DNA of 64,000 nt. Source: Acidimicrobiia bacterium. GTDB taxonomy: Bacteria > Actinomycetota > Acidimicrobiia > IMCC26256 > JAENVU01. Positions 26,706 to 35,514 of the stretch are shown here, piece after piece (within the stretch, counting starts at the first letter, position 1; every line of letters begins with the position of its first letter). Where the stretch lies: NCBI GenBank assembly GCA_038252255.1, contig JBBSAM010000003.1, positions 58,801 through 122,800 on the forward strand, given 5' to 3'. The notes under the pieces were generated by a model. That model worked only from the letters and a program-made list of their open reading frames with translations. It was not told the origin of the DNA and made no database searches. The translations under genes and the position numbers were made by a program.

Positions 26706-27858
26706 AGGTGCCGGTGCTCAGGATCTGGACCGATTGGGCGGCGCCGGCGATCACCGCCGCGACGTCGTTGTTGTCGAACGCGGCGGGGCCCGCGGTGACG
26801 ATGGCGTTGAGGGTGTCCCGGAAGGACTGGAGCTGCTGCAGCTGGGCGGCGGTGAAACGCCCGAGATCGGGGAGCGCCGCGTTCGTGGTCGCGGCCAACG
26901 CGGCTGCGTCGTCGAACGTCGCCACCGGGTTCGCGGCCGAGAAGACCGGTGCGGTGCCGTTGACGAGATCCACGCTCAGGCGGTAGGCGGTGTCCACCTG
27001 CCGTGCGAGCTTCGTGAAGTCGACGACCTTCAGCTCGTCCTGGGCCGTGTGGTAGCAGGGACCCGTCGAGTCGCTGAAGAACACATTCGGGATGCCGACG
27101 TTCGTGAAGTTGACGTAGTCGCTGCGGCCCTGGCCGAAGATCGAGCTGACGAGGTGCGTCTGGAGCGGGCCGTTCCCGATCGCGCGCTTCACCGCGTCGC
27201 TCAGCCGGGCGCCACCGGTCTCGGCGCCGACCGCGAAGCTCGTGTTCCGCAGGCTGGGCAGGAGGTTCGCGCCCTGGATGTCGAAGTTCACGTACGCGAT
27301 CGTCTTGGCGAGCGGGACGATCGGGTGCTGGACGTAGTAGTTCGACCCCAGGAGTCCGTCCTCCTCGCGGTCCCACAGTGCCAGAACGACGGTGCGGCGA
27401 GGCGTCCCCGCGGCTGCGATCTTCCGGGCCACGTCGAGCACCGCGGCGACTCCGGCGCCGTTGTCCGCCGCGCCGTTGCAGATCGTGTCGGCCTGATCGG
27501 CGGTGCGGCACGTGTTGCCGAGGTGGTCGTAGTGCGCGCCGATGATCACGTACTCGCCGGCCTGCTGACCACCGGGGATCTTGGCGACGATGTTCGTCCC
27601 GGCGTCGAACGGCTGCTTGAACGCATCGTCGCCGGTGCGCGAGCTGTCGAGGCCCACCCCGACCTGCTTCAGCTGCGCGATGAGGTAGCTCTGTGCGAGC
27701 TCGGAACCGGGAGTCGCGTTGTCGCGCCCGTTCATCGCGTCGCTCGAGATCACCGTCTCGTCGATCACGAGGCGGCTGCAGGAGGCTGCGACCATGGCCG
27801 TGAGCAGGACCACGGCCAGCAGACGGACGCGCGAGCCGCGCGGGCGTGGAGCAATCAT
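26686..27858 (-). CDS. M28 family metallopeptidase (aminopeptidase-like), secreted
   Basis: IIGAHYDHLG, GAADNGAGVAAVLDVARKI and ALWDREEDGLLGS are present, with a signal/lipoprotein N-terminus. Confidence 0.85.
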   Translation of the reverse strand: MIAPRPRGSRVRLLAVVLLTAMVAASCSRLVIDETVISSDAMNGRDNATPGSELAQSYLIAQLKQVGVGLDSSRTGDDAFKQPFDAGTNIVAKIPGGQQAGEYVIIGAHYDHLGNTCRTADQADTICNGAADNGAGVAAVLDVARKIAAAGTPRRTVVLALWDREEDGLLGSNYYVQHPIVPLAKTIAYVNFDIQGANLLPSLRNTSFAVGAETGGARLSDAVKRAIGNGPLQTHLVSSIFGQGRSDYVNFTNVGIPNVFFSDSTGPCYHTAQDELKVVDFTKLARQVDTAYRLSVDLVNGTAPVFSAANPVATFDDAAALAATTNAALPDLGRFTAAQLQQLQSFRDTLNAIVTAGPAAFDNNDVAAVIAGAAQSVQILSTGTCDGFIH

Positions 27859-27933
27859 CGTTCCCCCAAGTTCGCGATGAGCCCCGAGTGTCCCATCCCG
27901 GGGCGGAGGCGTCGAGACGACACCGGCGGCCGG

Positions 27934-29514
27934 TCAGGCGAAGACGGGTTCGAGGTGCTCGCGCACCGAGCAGTCGCGACCGAAAGCGAGGAATCGGTCG
28001 AACGTCCGGAGGAACCAGCGGTCGTGGGTGACCGCCATCACCGTGCCGAAGAACGAGCCGAGTGCCTCTTCGAGCGCCTCGGCCGACGCGAGATCGAGGT
28101 TGTCGGTGGGCTCGTCGAGCAGCAGCAGGTTCGCGCCCGACAGCTCGAGCAACAGGATCTGCAGGCGGGCCTGCTGGCCACCGGAGAGCGTCTCGAACGG
28201 TTGGCTCGCGCACGCCTGCAGGCCGTACCGGCGCAAGGTGGCCATCGCCCGCGCGCGATCGTGCCCGGCCTTCATGACCACCTCGAGCACCGCAACGCCG
28301 CGGAGCTGCGGCTGGTCGTGGGTCTGGGAGAAGTAGCCGGGGAAGACGCGCGCGCCGAGGCGGGCGACCCCGGCGTGCTCGACGGGCTCGCCGGCGAGGA
28401 GGCGGAGGAAGTGGCTCTTGCCGGTGCCGTTCGGGCCGAGCACGGCGACGCGCTCGCCGAACTGGGCCTCGAAGTCGAACGCATCCGTCAGACCGTCGAG
28501 CTCGAGCTCCTCGCACACGACGACCCGGGTCCCGGTGCGGTTTCCACCCAGCCTCATCGAGACCGCTTCCTCCTTCACCCGCTCCGTCGGTGCCGTCGCG
28601 TCGAACCGCTCGATCTTGGACTTCGTCGCCCGCACCCGCGATGCGAAGGTGTCGCTGCCCATCGCGGCGCGGCGCCGGAATTCGCGCAAGGACTCTTCGA
28701 GCCGTTTGCGCTCCTCGCCCCAGCGTCGATGGTCCTCGTCGATACGGGCGATGCGTTCGTCGCGCGCCTCGTGCCACGTTGCGAACGAATCGCCGTGCGT
28801 CCACGCGGTGTGTCCTTCGAGGGTCACGATCTTGTCCCCCACGGCGGCGAGCAGCGCCCGGTCGTGGCTGATGAGCAGGATGGTCTTCGGGCTCGCCCGG
28901 AGTGCCGCTTCGAGCCATTCCTTGCCGGCCACGTCGAGATAGTTGTCCGGCTCGTCGAGCAAGAGGACCTCCGCGTCCGAGCGCAGCAGCAGCTCGAGCG
29001 CGAGCCGCTTCTGCTCCCCACCCGAGAGCGTGGACAATCGCCGGCCGCCGGCCTCGGTCAGCGGCTGGCGGACCGCGATCGTCGTGCAGGTGTCCCACAG
29101 GACCTCGGCGGCCCAGCCGCCGGCATCGCCCCAGGCGGAATGGGCGCGGGCCAGCGCGAACCCCGCCCGCTCCCCGGGCGCGCGTTCGCACGCGGCCTCG
29201 GCCGAGTCGAGCGCGGCCGCCGCGGCGCGCAGCGCCGGCGGGGAGAGGACCAGGAGCAGGTCTCGTACGGTGCGCTGCTCGTCCCGCCAGCCGACGAGCT
29301 GATGCATCACCAGCAGACGACCGTCGACGTGAACACTCCCGCGATCGACGGGGACCTCACCCGTGATCGCGCGGAGCAACGTGGTCTTGCCGGCCCCGTT
29401 CGCCCCGACCAGAGCGACGTGCTCGGCGGCACCTACTCGGAACGTGACGTCCGAGAAGAGCTCGTCGCCACCGGGGATCCGGCATGAGATCCCGTTGACG
29501 TCGACCGAGCCCAC
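27934..29514 (-). CDS. ABC-F family ATPase (two ABC domains, no TMD)
   Basis: GANGAGKTT and GPNGTGKSH Walker A motifs. LSGGEQKRL and LSGGQQARL signature motifs. Confidence 0.9.
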   Translation of the reverse strand: MGSVDVNGISCRIPGGDELFSDVTFRVGAAEHVALVGANGAGKTTLLRAITGEVPVDRGSVHVDGRLLVMHQLVGWRDEQRTVRDLLLVLSPPALRAAAAALDSAEAACERAPGERAGFALARAHSAWGDAGGWAAEVLWDTCTTIAVRQPLTEAGGRRLSTLSGGEQKRLALELLLRSDAEVLLLDEPDNYLDVAGKEWLEAALRASPKTILLISHDRALLAAVGDKIVTLEGHTAWTHGDSFATWHEARDERIARIDEDHRRWGEERKRLEESLREFRRRAAMGSDTFASRVRATKSKIERFDATAPTERVKEEAVSMRLGGNRTGTRVVVCEELELDGLTDAFDFEAQFGERVAVLGPNGTGKSHFLRLLAGEPVEHAGVARLGARVFPGYFSQTHDQPQLRGVAVLEVVMKAGHDRARAMATLRRYGLQACASQPFETLSGGQQARLQILLLELSGANLLLLDEPTDNLDLASAEALEEALGSFFGTVMAVTHDRWFLRTFDRFLAFGRDCSVREHLEPVFA

Positions 29515-29568
29515 GTCGAGAGGCTACCGATGCATGGGTACCATTGGCCCTCTATTAGGGGGAACGTG

Positions 29569-30438
29569 ATGCGTCGTCGCTTGTGCCTGCTCGTCCTGGT
29601 TCTGTCCGTCGTCGCCGCCGGTTGCGGGCTTCCGTACCTCACTCCGCCCGGTGCGGCGCCGCTGCGGTACCGGGACGACATCTTCAGCGGCGTGACCGTC
29701 ACGCACGACGTGACCTACGGGAGCGCACTCGATCAATCGGGCGCGCCGGTCACGCTCAAGCTCGACGTGTACAGCCCGACCGGCGACACGGACACCCACC
29801 GGCCCGCGATCGTGTGGGTCCACGGCGGGGGCTTCAGCAGCGGGAACAAGACGTCACCGGAGCTGGTCGACGAAGCGAGCTACCTCGGCAAGAAGGGGTA
29901 CGTCAGCGTCTCGATCGACTACCGGCTGGCGCCCGGCGGGTGCAGCGCCGCGGGGGCCACGCCGGCCTGCCTCCAGGGGATCACCGACGCGATGCACGAC
30001 GCCCAGGCCGCGGTGCGCTTCCTCCGGGCCAACGCGTCGACCTACGGCGTAGACGTGAACCGCATCGCGGTCGGCGGCTCGTCCGCCGGCGCGATCACCG
30101 CGCTCAACGTCGCCGACAGCCCGAACGACCCGGGCGACAGCGGCAACCCCGGCTTCTCGTCCGCGGTGCAAGGCGCGGTGTCCCTCTCGGGCGCCAGGCT
30201 TCTCACCACCGAGGACGCGACCGACGCACCGATCCTCATGTTCCACGGCACGGCCGACCCGCTCGTGCCGTACGCGTGGGCGCAGGCGACGCTGGCCGAG
30301 GCCCAGGCCGCGGGGATCATCTCGTACCTGACGACGTGGCCGGGCGCGGGGCACGTCCCGTACGTGGACCACCGCCAGGAGATCCTGGACCAGACCCAGA
30401 ACTTCCTCTACTGGGTGCTCCACCTCAACACCAGGTGA
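29569..30438 (+). CDS. Alpha/beta hydrolase (esterase/lipase), lipoprotein
   Basis: Lipobox VVAAGC, oxyanion motif VWVHGGGF, nucleophile elbow GGSSAG. Confidence 0.8.
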   Translation: MRRRLCLLVLVLSVVAAGCGLPYLTPPGAAPLRYRDDIFSGVTVTHDVTYGSALDQSGAPVTLKLDVYSPTGDTDTHRPAIVWVHGGGFSSGNKTSPELVDEASYLGKKGYVSVSIDYRLAPGGCSAAGATPACLQGITDAMHDAQAAVRFLRANASTYGVDVNRIAVGGSSAGAITALNVADSPNDPGDSGNPGFSSAVQGAVSLSGARLLTTEDATDAPILMFHGTADPLVPYAWAQATLAEAQAAGIISYLTTWPGAGHVPYVDHRQEILDQTQNFLYWVLHLNTR

Positions 30439-30492
30439 TCACCGCGCTGCACCCGGCCCGCGAGCAGGACAGGGAGCGAGCCGCGCCTCGGG

Positions 30493-31467
30493 TCAGTGAC
30501 CGAGGACGGGGTGCGGCACGTAGCGCTCTTCGAGGCGCTTCATCTCGTCGTCGCTCAACGTGAGCTGCTCGGCCGCGAGCGCGTCTTCGAGGTGCCCGAT
30601 CTTCGTTGCACCCACGATCGGCGCCGTGACGCCCGGTCGGTGCAGCAGCCACGCCAGCGCCACCTGCGCCGGCGCGACACCACGCTCGCCGGCCACCTCC
30701 ACGACCCGGTCGACCACGTCGAAGTCACCTTCGCTGTAGAGGTACTCGGTGAACGGGTCGGTGTTCGACCGGGTGGTGTTCCTGTCCCCCGACCGCGTGC
30801 GGTTCCCGGCGAGCACGCCGCGCGCCAGCGGGCTCCACGGGATGACACCGATCCCCTGGTCCTGGCACTGCGGGATCATCTCCCGCTCCTCCTCCCGATA
30901 GAGGAGGTTGTAGTGGTTCTGCATCGAGACGAACTGGGCTCCGCCGGCCCGCTCGGCCACGTGCTGCGCCTTCGCGAACTGCCACGCGTACATGCTGCTC
31001 GCGCCGATGTAGCGCGCCTTGCCGGACCGCACCACCTCGTTGAGCGCGTCCATCGTCTCCTCGATGGGCACATTGGGGTCCCACCGGTGGATCTGGTAGA
31101 GGTCCACGTAGTCCATCTCGAGCCGCTGCAGCGACGCGTCGATGGCCGAGAGGATGTGCTTGCGGGACAAGCCACCACCGTTGGGGCCCGGGGTCATGGG
31201 CATGAAGACCTTGGTCGCGATCACGGCCTCGTCGCGGCTCAGGTGCTGGCGCACGAGCCGACCCGTCGCGACCTCGCTCGCACCGGCGGAGTACGTGTCC
31301 GCGGTGTCGAAGAAGTAGATCCCACCTTCGACGGCAGCCCGCACGATGGGCTCGGCGGCGTCCTCGTCGAGCACCCACGGCCGGTCGCTGTCGTTGCCGA
31401 AGCTCATCATCCCGAGGCATACGCGCGAGACGCGCAGCCCGGTCGCACCCAGGTTCACTGATTCCAT
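30493..31467 (-). CDS. Aldo/keto reductase
   Basis: Typical AKR sequence (LGMMSFG...FFDTADTY...GASSMYAWQ). Confidence 0.9.
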   Translation of the reverse strand: MESVNLGATGLRVSRVCLGMMSFGNDSDRPWVLDEDAAEPIVRAAVEGGIYFFDTADTYSAGASEVATGRLVRQHLSRDEAVIATKVFMPMTPGPNGGGLSRKHILSAIDASLQRLEMDYVDLYQIHRWDPNVPIEETMDALNEVVRSGKARYIGASSMYAWQFAKAQHVAERAGGAQFVSMQNHYNLLYREEEREMIPQCQDQGIGVIPWSPLARGVLAGNRTRSGDRNTTRSNTDPFTEYLYSEGDFDVVDRVVEVAGERGVAPAQVALAWLLHRPGVTAPIVGATKIGHLEDALAAEQLTLSDDEMKRLEERYVPHPVLGH

Positions 31468-31476
31468 GCCAGGAAC

Positions 31477-32796
31477 CTACCCCTCGGCCCGCCCGTCCTC
31501 ACCTGTGATGTAGCGGTCGATGACGCGGTGCATGTGCAGGAGGTTGGCCTCTTGGCGCGGGTTGAGGCGCAGCCCATCGAAGCCCGCCGATTTCATCCCG
31601 ATCTGCACCTCGGCCATGTTGGCGTAATCCTGCGTCGTGATCTCGCCCCACTCGTGCTCGGTCCAGTCCGGGTAGAAGCGGCGCTCCACCCGGCGGCGCT
31701 CCTTCCCCGGCCGCGGCCACTCGAGCACCCACGTGTCGTGGATCGCCCGGTCCGGGTCCAGGCCGAACGGTCGGGCCCGGAAGAGGATGGCGCTCCCCGG
31801 GTAGATCGGTCCCACGACGTTCGGGAAGCAGTACACGTCCTCCGCGCTCGACATCTGGTCCGGCTCGAAGCCGGATACGTCGAGCCCGCGCGCCGCGAGC
31901 AGCTCCAACCGCCGCGCCTGGTACGCGGGCAGCAGCTCGCCTCTCGGTAGCCCGGCGGCCCGCAGCTCGTCGACGAGCGCTCGCTCGTCCGCGAGGAACG
32001 CGCCACCGAGGCCGCCCACGAGCGCGGCAAGGATCTCACCTTCGTCGTACTCGTCGCCGCGCGGCCCGAGGCGCGGGCTGGGCCGCAGCTCCCGCCGCGC
32101 GCCGGCGAGCCGGCCGTACCGGGCGTGCTTCCCGAGCTGCTCGTACGCGATGCTCACGTCGTCGGTCCACGCCAGGATCTGCGGGTGCGTTCCCTGCACG
32201 TGGTAGCTCTCGTTGAACGCGTCCACCACGCTCTTCCAGTTCGCCGGGAGCACCGTGCTCAGATGCGCTCGCAGTCGCATGTCTTCGAGGTGGTACGAGC
32301 TGAGCAGCGACGGGAGCGGGTCGAGGAAATCGAGGAGCGGCTCGGCATTCGGGTCGGGATTCACGAACACGAAGCCGCCCCAGCGCCCGACGCGCACTGC
32401 GGCGAGGCACAGGCCCTCGGGCAGGGCGTCGAACTCCGCCGCGTCGACCACCTCGGTCAACCGGCCGTCCAGCGCGTAGCGCCAGGCGTGATAGCGGCAT
32501 TGGACGAAGCCCTCGGTGAAGCACCCCGAGCCGGCCGCGAGGCGGGTCCCGCGGTGCAGGCACGCGTTGTGGAAGGCCGAGATCACGCCGTCGTCACCCC
32601 GGACCACGAGGATCGACTGATCGCCGATCTCGTACTCGACGAAGTCGCCCGGCTCGGCCAGCTCCTCCTCCCGGCACGCGATCTGCCAGACCCGGTTCCA
32701 GAGCCGGTCGAGCTCGAGACGCGCGAAGTCGGCGGAGATGTAGCGCGCCTTCGGAACGCGACCGTCACTCCGGACGAGCACGTCGCTCGAGCCCAT
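31477..32796 (-). CDS. Rieske [2Fe-2S] aromatic ring-hydroxylating oxygenase alpha subunit
   Basis: The Rieske motif is CLHRGTRL...CRYHAWRY. A C-terminal catalytic-type domain follows. Confidence 0.85.
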   Translation of the reverse strand: MGSSDVLVRSDGRVPKARYISADFARLELDRLWNRVWQIACREEELAEPGDFVEYEIGDQSILVVRGDDGVISAFHNACLHRGTRLAAGSGCFTEGFVQCRYHAWRYALDGRLTEVVDAAEFDALPEGLCLAAVRVGRWGGFVFVNPDPNAEPLLDFLDPLPSLLSSYHLEDMRLRAHLSTVLPANWKSVVDAFNESYHVQGTHPQILAWTDDVSIAYEQLGKHARYGRLAGARRELRPSPRLGPRGDEYDEGEILAALVGGLGGAFLADERALVDELRAAGLPRGELLPAYQARRLELLAARGLDVSGFEPDQMSSAEDVYCFPNVVGPIYPGSAILFRARPFGLDPDRAIHDTWVLEWPRPGKERRRVERRFYPDWTEHEWGEITTQDYANMAEVQIGMKSAGFDGLRLNPRQEANLLHMHRVIDRYITGEDGRAEG

Positions 32797-32843
32797 GCGA
32801 AGACAGTAGCGTCCGGCCGGCCGGTTACCGGCGGGGGGTCATC

Positions 32844-34466
32844 GTGAACTTCAACCTCGCAGATCTGTTCGAATGCGTGGTGGATCACGTGCCCGAGCGC
32901 GAGGCCCTCGTCTGGGGAGCGCGCCGTTGCACCTACGCCGAGCTCGACGAGGCCGCGACGCGGGTCGCGCACGGTCTCGCGGATCTCGGGATCGGACCCG
33001 GCAGCCACGTCGGGCTCGCGCTGTTCGACTGCATCGAGCACATCGAGGCGATGCTCGCCTGCTACAAGCTGCGGGCCGTCCCGGTGAACGTCAATCACCG
33101 GTACGTCGCGGCGGAGCTCGCGTCGCTGTGCGCCGACGCGGATCTCGTGGCGCTCGTGTATCCCGCGGCCCATGCCGACCGCGTCCGGGGTCTCGGCATC
33201 GAGCACCTGATCGAGGTCACCCACGAGGAGCCTCCGACACGGGGAGTGCGCAACTACTCCGACCTGCTCGCCGGCTCGCCGGCCCGCGACTTCGGACCGC
33301 GCTCGGGCGACGACCACTACATCCTCTACACGGGTGGCACGACCGGCGCGCCCCGAGGAGTCGTGTGGCGCCACGAGGACATCTTCTTCGCCGCGCTCGG
33401 CGGCGGGAACCCGGGGGGACCGCCGATCACGGAACCTGAGGCGATCGGCCCCGGTGTGCTCGCCAACCCGGCCGGGCGGGTCAGGGCATTCCTACCGACC
33501 GACGATCCGGGCCCGCCGCGGCTCGTCGCGCTAGCGCTCGGACCCCTCGTGCACGCGAGCGGGCAGTGGTCCGCGCTCGGCACCATGCTGAGCGGCGGCA
33601 CCGTCGTCCTCTCTCCCGCCGTGCACCTCGACGTCGCGAGCGTGCTGGACCTCGTCGCGGCCGAGCGTGTCGTCGCGCTCAACCTCGTGGGCGATGCGAT
33701 CGCACGCCCGCTCGTGGAGCTGCTCGAAGCCCGACCCGGCGCGTGGGACACCTCGTCACTACTGTTGCTCGGGTCCGGCGGGAGCATCCTGTCCGGCGAG
33801 GTGAAGGATCACCTCCTGGCTGCGCTCCCGTCGGTCTTCGCGCTCATCGACGGTATCGGGTCTTCGGAGTCGCCCGCCCAGGCCGTCGCGGTCACCACGC
33901 GTGGGAGCGATCCGACGCCGTCGCTGCGCTTCACCGCGAAGCCGACGACGATGGTGGTCGACGACGCGCTGCGACCGGTGCCCGCCGGGTCCGGGATCGT
34001 CGGGCGGCTTGCCACCACCGGGCGCGTCCCGCTCGGCTACTACGGGGACCCCGAGCGCTCGGCGCGCACGTTCGTCGAGATCGACGGCCAGCGGTGGTCG
34101 CTGCCCGGCGACATGGCGACGATCGACGCGGGCGGTGTGGTGCAGCTTCTCGGCCGCGGGTCGTTCTGCATCAACACCGGAGGCGAGAAGGTCTATCCGG
34201 AAGAGGTCGAGGCCGTGGTGAAGTCGCACCCGCTCGTGACCGACGCGGTGATCGTCGGAGTCCCTGAGCCCCGCTTCGGCGAGCAGGTGGCCGCGATCGT
34301 GGCGCCCGTGGGCACCGCGCTGGACCTCGAGGGGCTGCAGGAGCACTGCCGCGCACACCTCGCGGGCTACAAGATGCCGCGCGCGCTGTACCTGGTCGAC
34401 GAGGTGCAGCGGCTGGCGAACGGCAAGGCCGACTACGTGTGGGCCCGCAAGACGGTCGCCGGTTGA
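32844..34466 (+). CDS. Acyl-CoA synthetase (AMP-dependent synthetase/ligase)
   Basis: ILYTGGTTGAPRGVVW and GGEKVYPEEVE are present, with the conserved Lys near the C-terminus (YKMPR). Confidence 0.85.
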   Translation: MNFNLADLFECVVDHVPEREALVWGARRCTYAELDEAATRVAHGLADLGIGPGSHVGLALFDCIEHIEAMLACYKLRAVPVNVNHRYVAAELASLCADADLVALVYPAAHADRVRGLGIEHLIEVTHEEPPTRGVRNYSDLLAGSPARDFGPRSGDDHYILYTGGTTGAPRGVVWRHEDIFFAALGGGNPGGPPITEPEAIGPGVLANPAGRVRAFLPTDDPGPPRLVALALGPLVHASGQWSALGTMLSGGTVVLSPAVHLDVASVLDLVAAERVVALNLVGDAIARPLVELLEARPGAWDTSSLLLLGSGGSILSGEVKDHLLAALPSVFALIDGIGSSESPAQAVAVTTRGSDPTPSLRFTAKPTTMVVDDALRPVPAGSGIVGRLATTGRVPLGYYGDPERSARTFVEIDGQRWSLPGDMATIDAGGVVQLLGRGSFCINTGGEKVYPEEVEAVVKSHPLVTDAVIVGVPEPRFGEQVAAIVAPVGTALDLEGLQEHCRAHLAGYKMPRALYLVDEVQRLANGKADYVWARKTVAG

Positions 34467-34542
34467 CCCGAGAGGCGACGCCACTCGGGCCCCGGCTGGC
34501 AGACTCGCCGCCGACACGGAGTCGCGGGCCGGGAGGGACGCA

Positions 34543-35511
34543 ATGCGGTACGTCGAAGCGGGAGGAGCCAGGGTCTCGTCGATCGGGCTCGGGTGCTGGC
34601 AGTTCGGATCGCACGACTGGGGTTACGGCAAGAGCTACGGCGACAGCACGGCGATCGAGCTGGTGCACTGGGCGCTCGATCACGACGTCAACCTCATCGA
34701 CACGGCCGAGGTGTACGCGCGCGGCGCGTCGGAGGCGATCGTCGGACGCGCGCTCGAAGGCCGCCGTGACGAGGCGTTCCTCGCCACCAAGGTCCTCCCG
34801 ATCTGGCCGACCGCGACGCGCGTCGCGGAGCACGGCCGGATCTCGTCACTCCGGCTCGGCGTCGCGACGATCGACCTCTACCAGGTGCACTGGCCCAACC
34901 CGCTGGTCCCGATCTCCTCGACGATGGAGGGGATGCGCCGGCTCCAGGAGAGCGGCCTCGTCCGCCACGTCGGAGTGAGCAACTTCTCGGCCGGCCGGTG
35001 GGCCGCCGCGGAGCGGGCGCTCGGCGCGCCGGTGTTGTCGAACCAGGTGCAGTTCAACCTGTTGCAGCGCAAGCCGGATCGGGAGAACGTCCCGTACGCG
35101 CAAGGGAACGACCGCATCGTGATCGCCTACAGCCCGCTCGGCCAGGGCGTGCTCGGCGGTCGCTACGACGCGGCGCACCCGCCACCGGGTCCGGCGCGGA
35201 CGAACAACCCCCTGTGCCTGCCGGAGAACCTCGAACGCGCGGGTGCGCTCATCGACACGTTGCGTCGCGTCGCCAAGGGCCACGACGCGACGCCGGCGCA
35301 GGTCGCGCTGGCCTGGCTGATCCGCAAGCCCAACGTCGTTGCGATCCCCGGCGCGAGCTCGGTCGACCAGCTCCGCCGCAACGTCGAAGCAGCCGACCTC
35401 GACCTCAGTGACGAGGAAGCGCGCGAGCTCACGGCCGAGAGCGACCGGTTCGAACCCGTCAACCTCCCCGCCACCGCACGCGGCCTCCTCGCCGCCCGCC
35501 GCCGCAAGTAG
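34543..35511 (+). CDS. Aldo/keto reductase
   Basis: AKR pattern (GLGCWQFG...IDTAEVYARG...GVSNFS). Confidence 0.9.
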   Translation: MRYVEAGGARVSSIGLGCWQFGSHDWGYGKSYGDSTAIELVHWALDHDVNLIDTAEVYARGASEAIVGRALEGRRDEAFLATKVLPIWPTATRVAEHGRISSLRLGVATIDLYQVHWPNPLVPISSTMEGMRRLQESGLVRHVGVSNFSAGRWAAAERALGAPVLSNQVQFNLLQRKPDRENVPYAQGNDRIVIAYSPLGQGVLGGRYDAAHPPPGPARTNNPLCLPENLERAGALIDTLRRVAKGHDATPAQVALAWLIRKPNVVAIPGASSVDQLRRNVEAADLDLSDEEARELTAESDRFEPVNLPATARGLLAARRRK

Positions 35512-35514
35512 ATC

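Noticed and set aside
26689-29487. 932-aa plus-strand and 829-aa minus-strand alternative-frame ORFs
   Set aside because: They overlap the M28 peptidase and ABC-F genes, both of which have unambiguous motifs. The alternative frames are Arg-rich nonsense.
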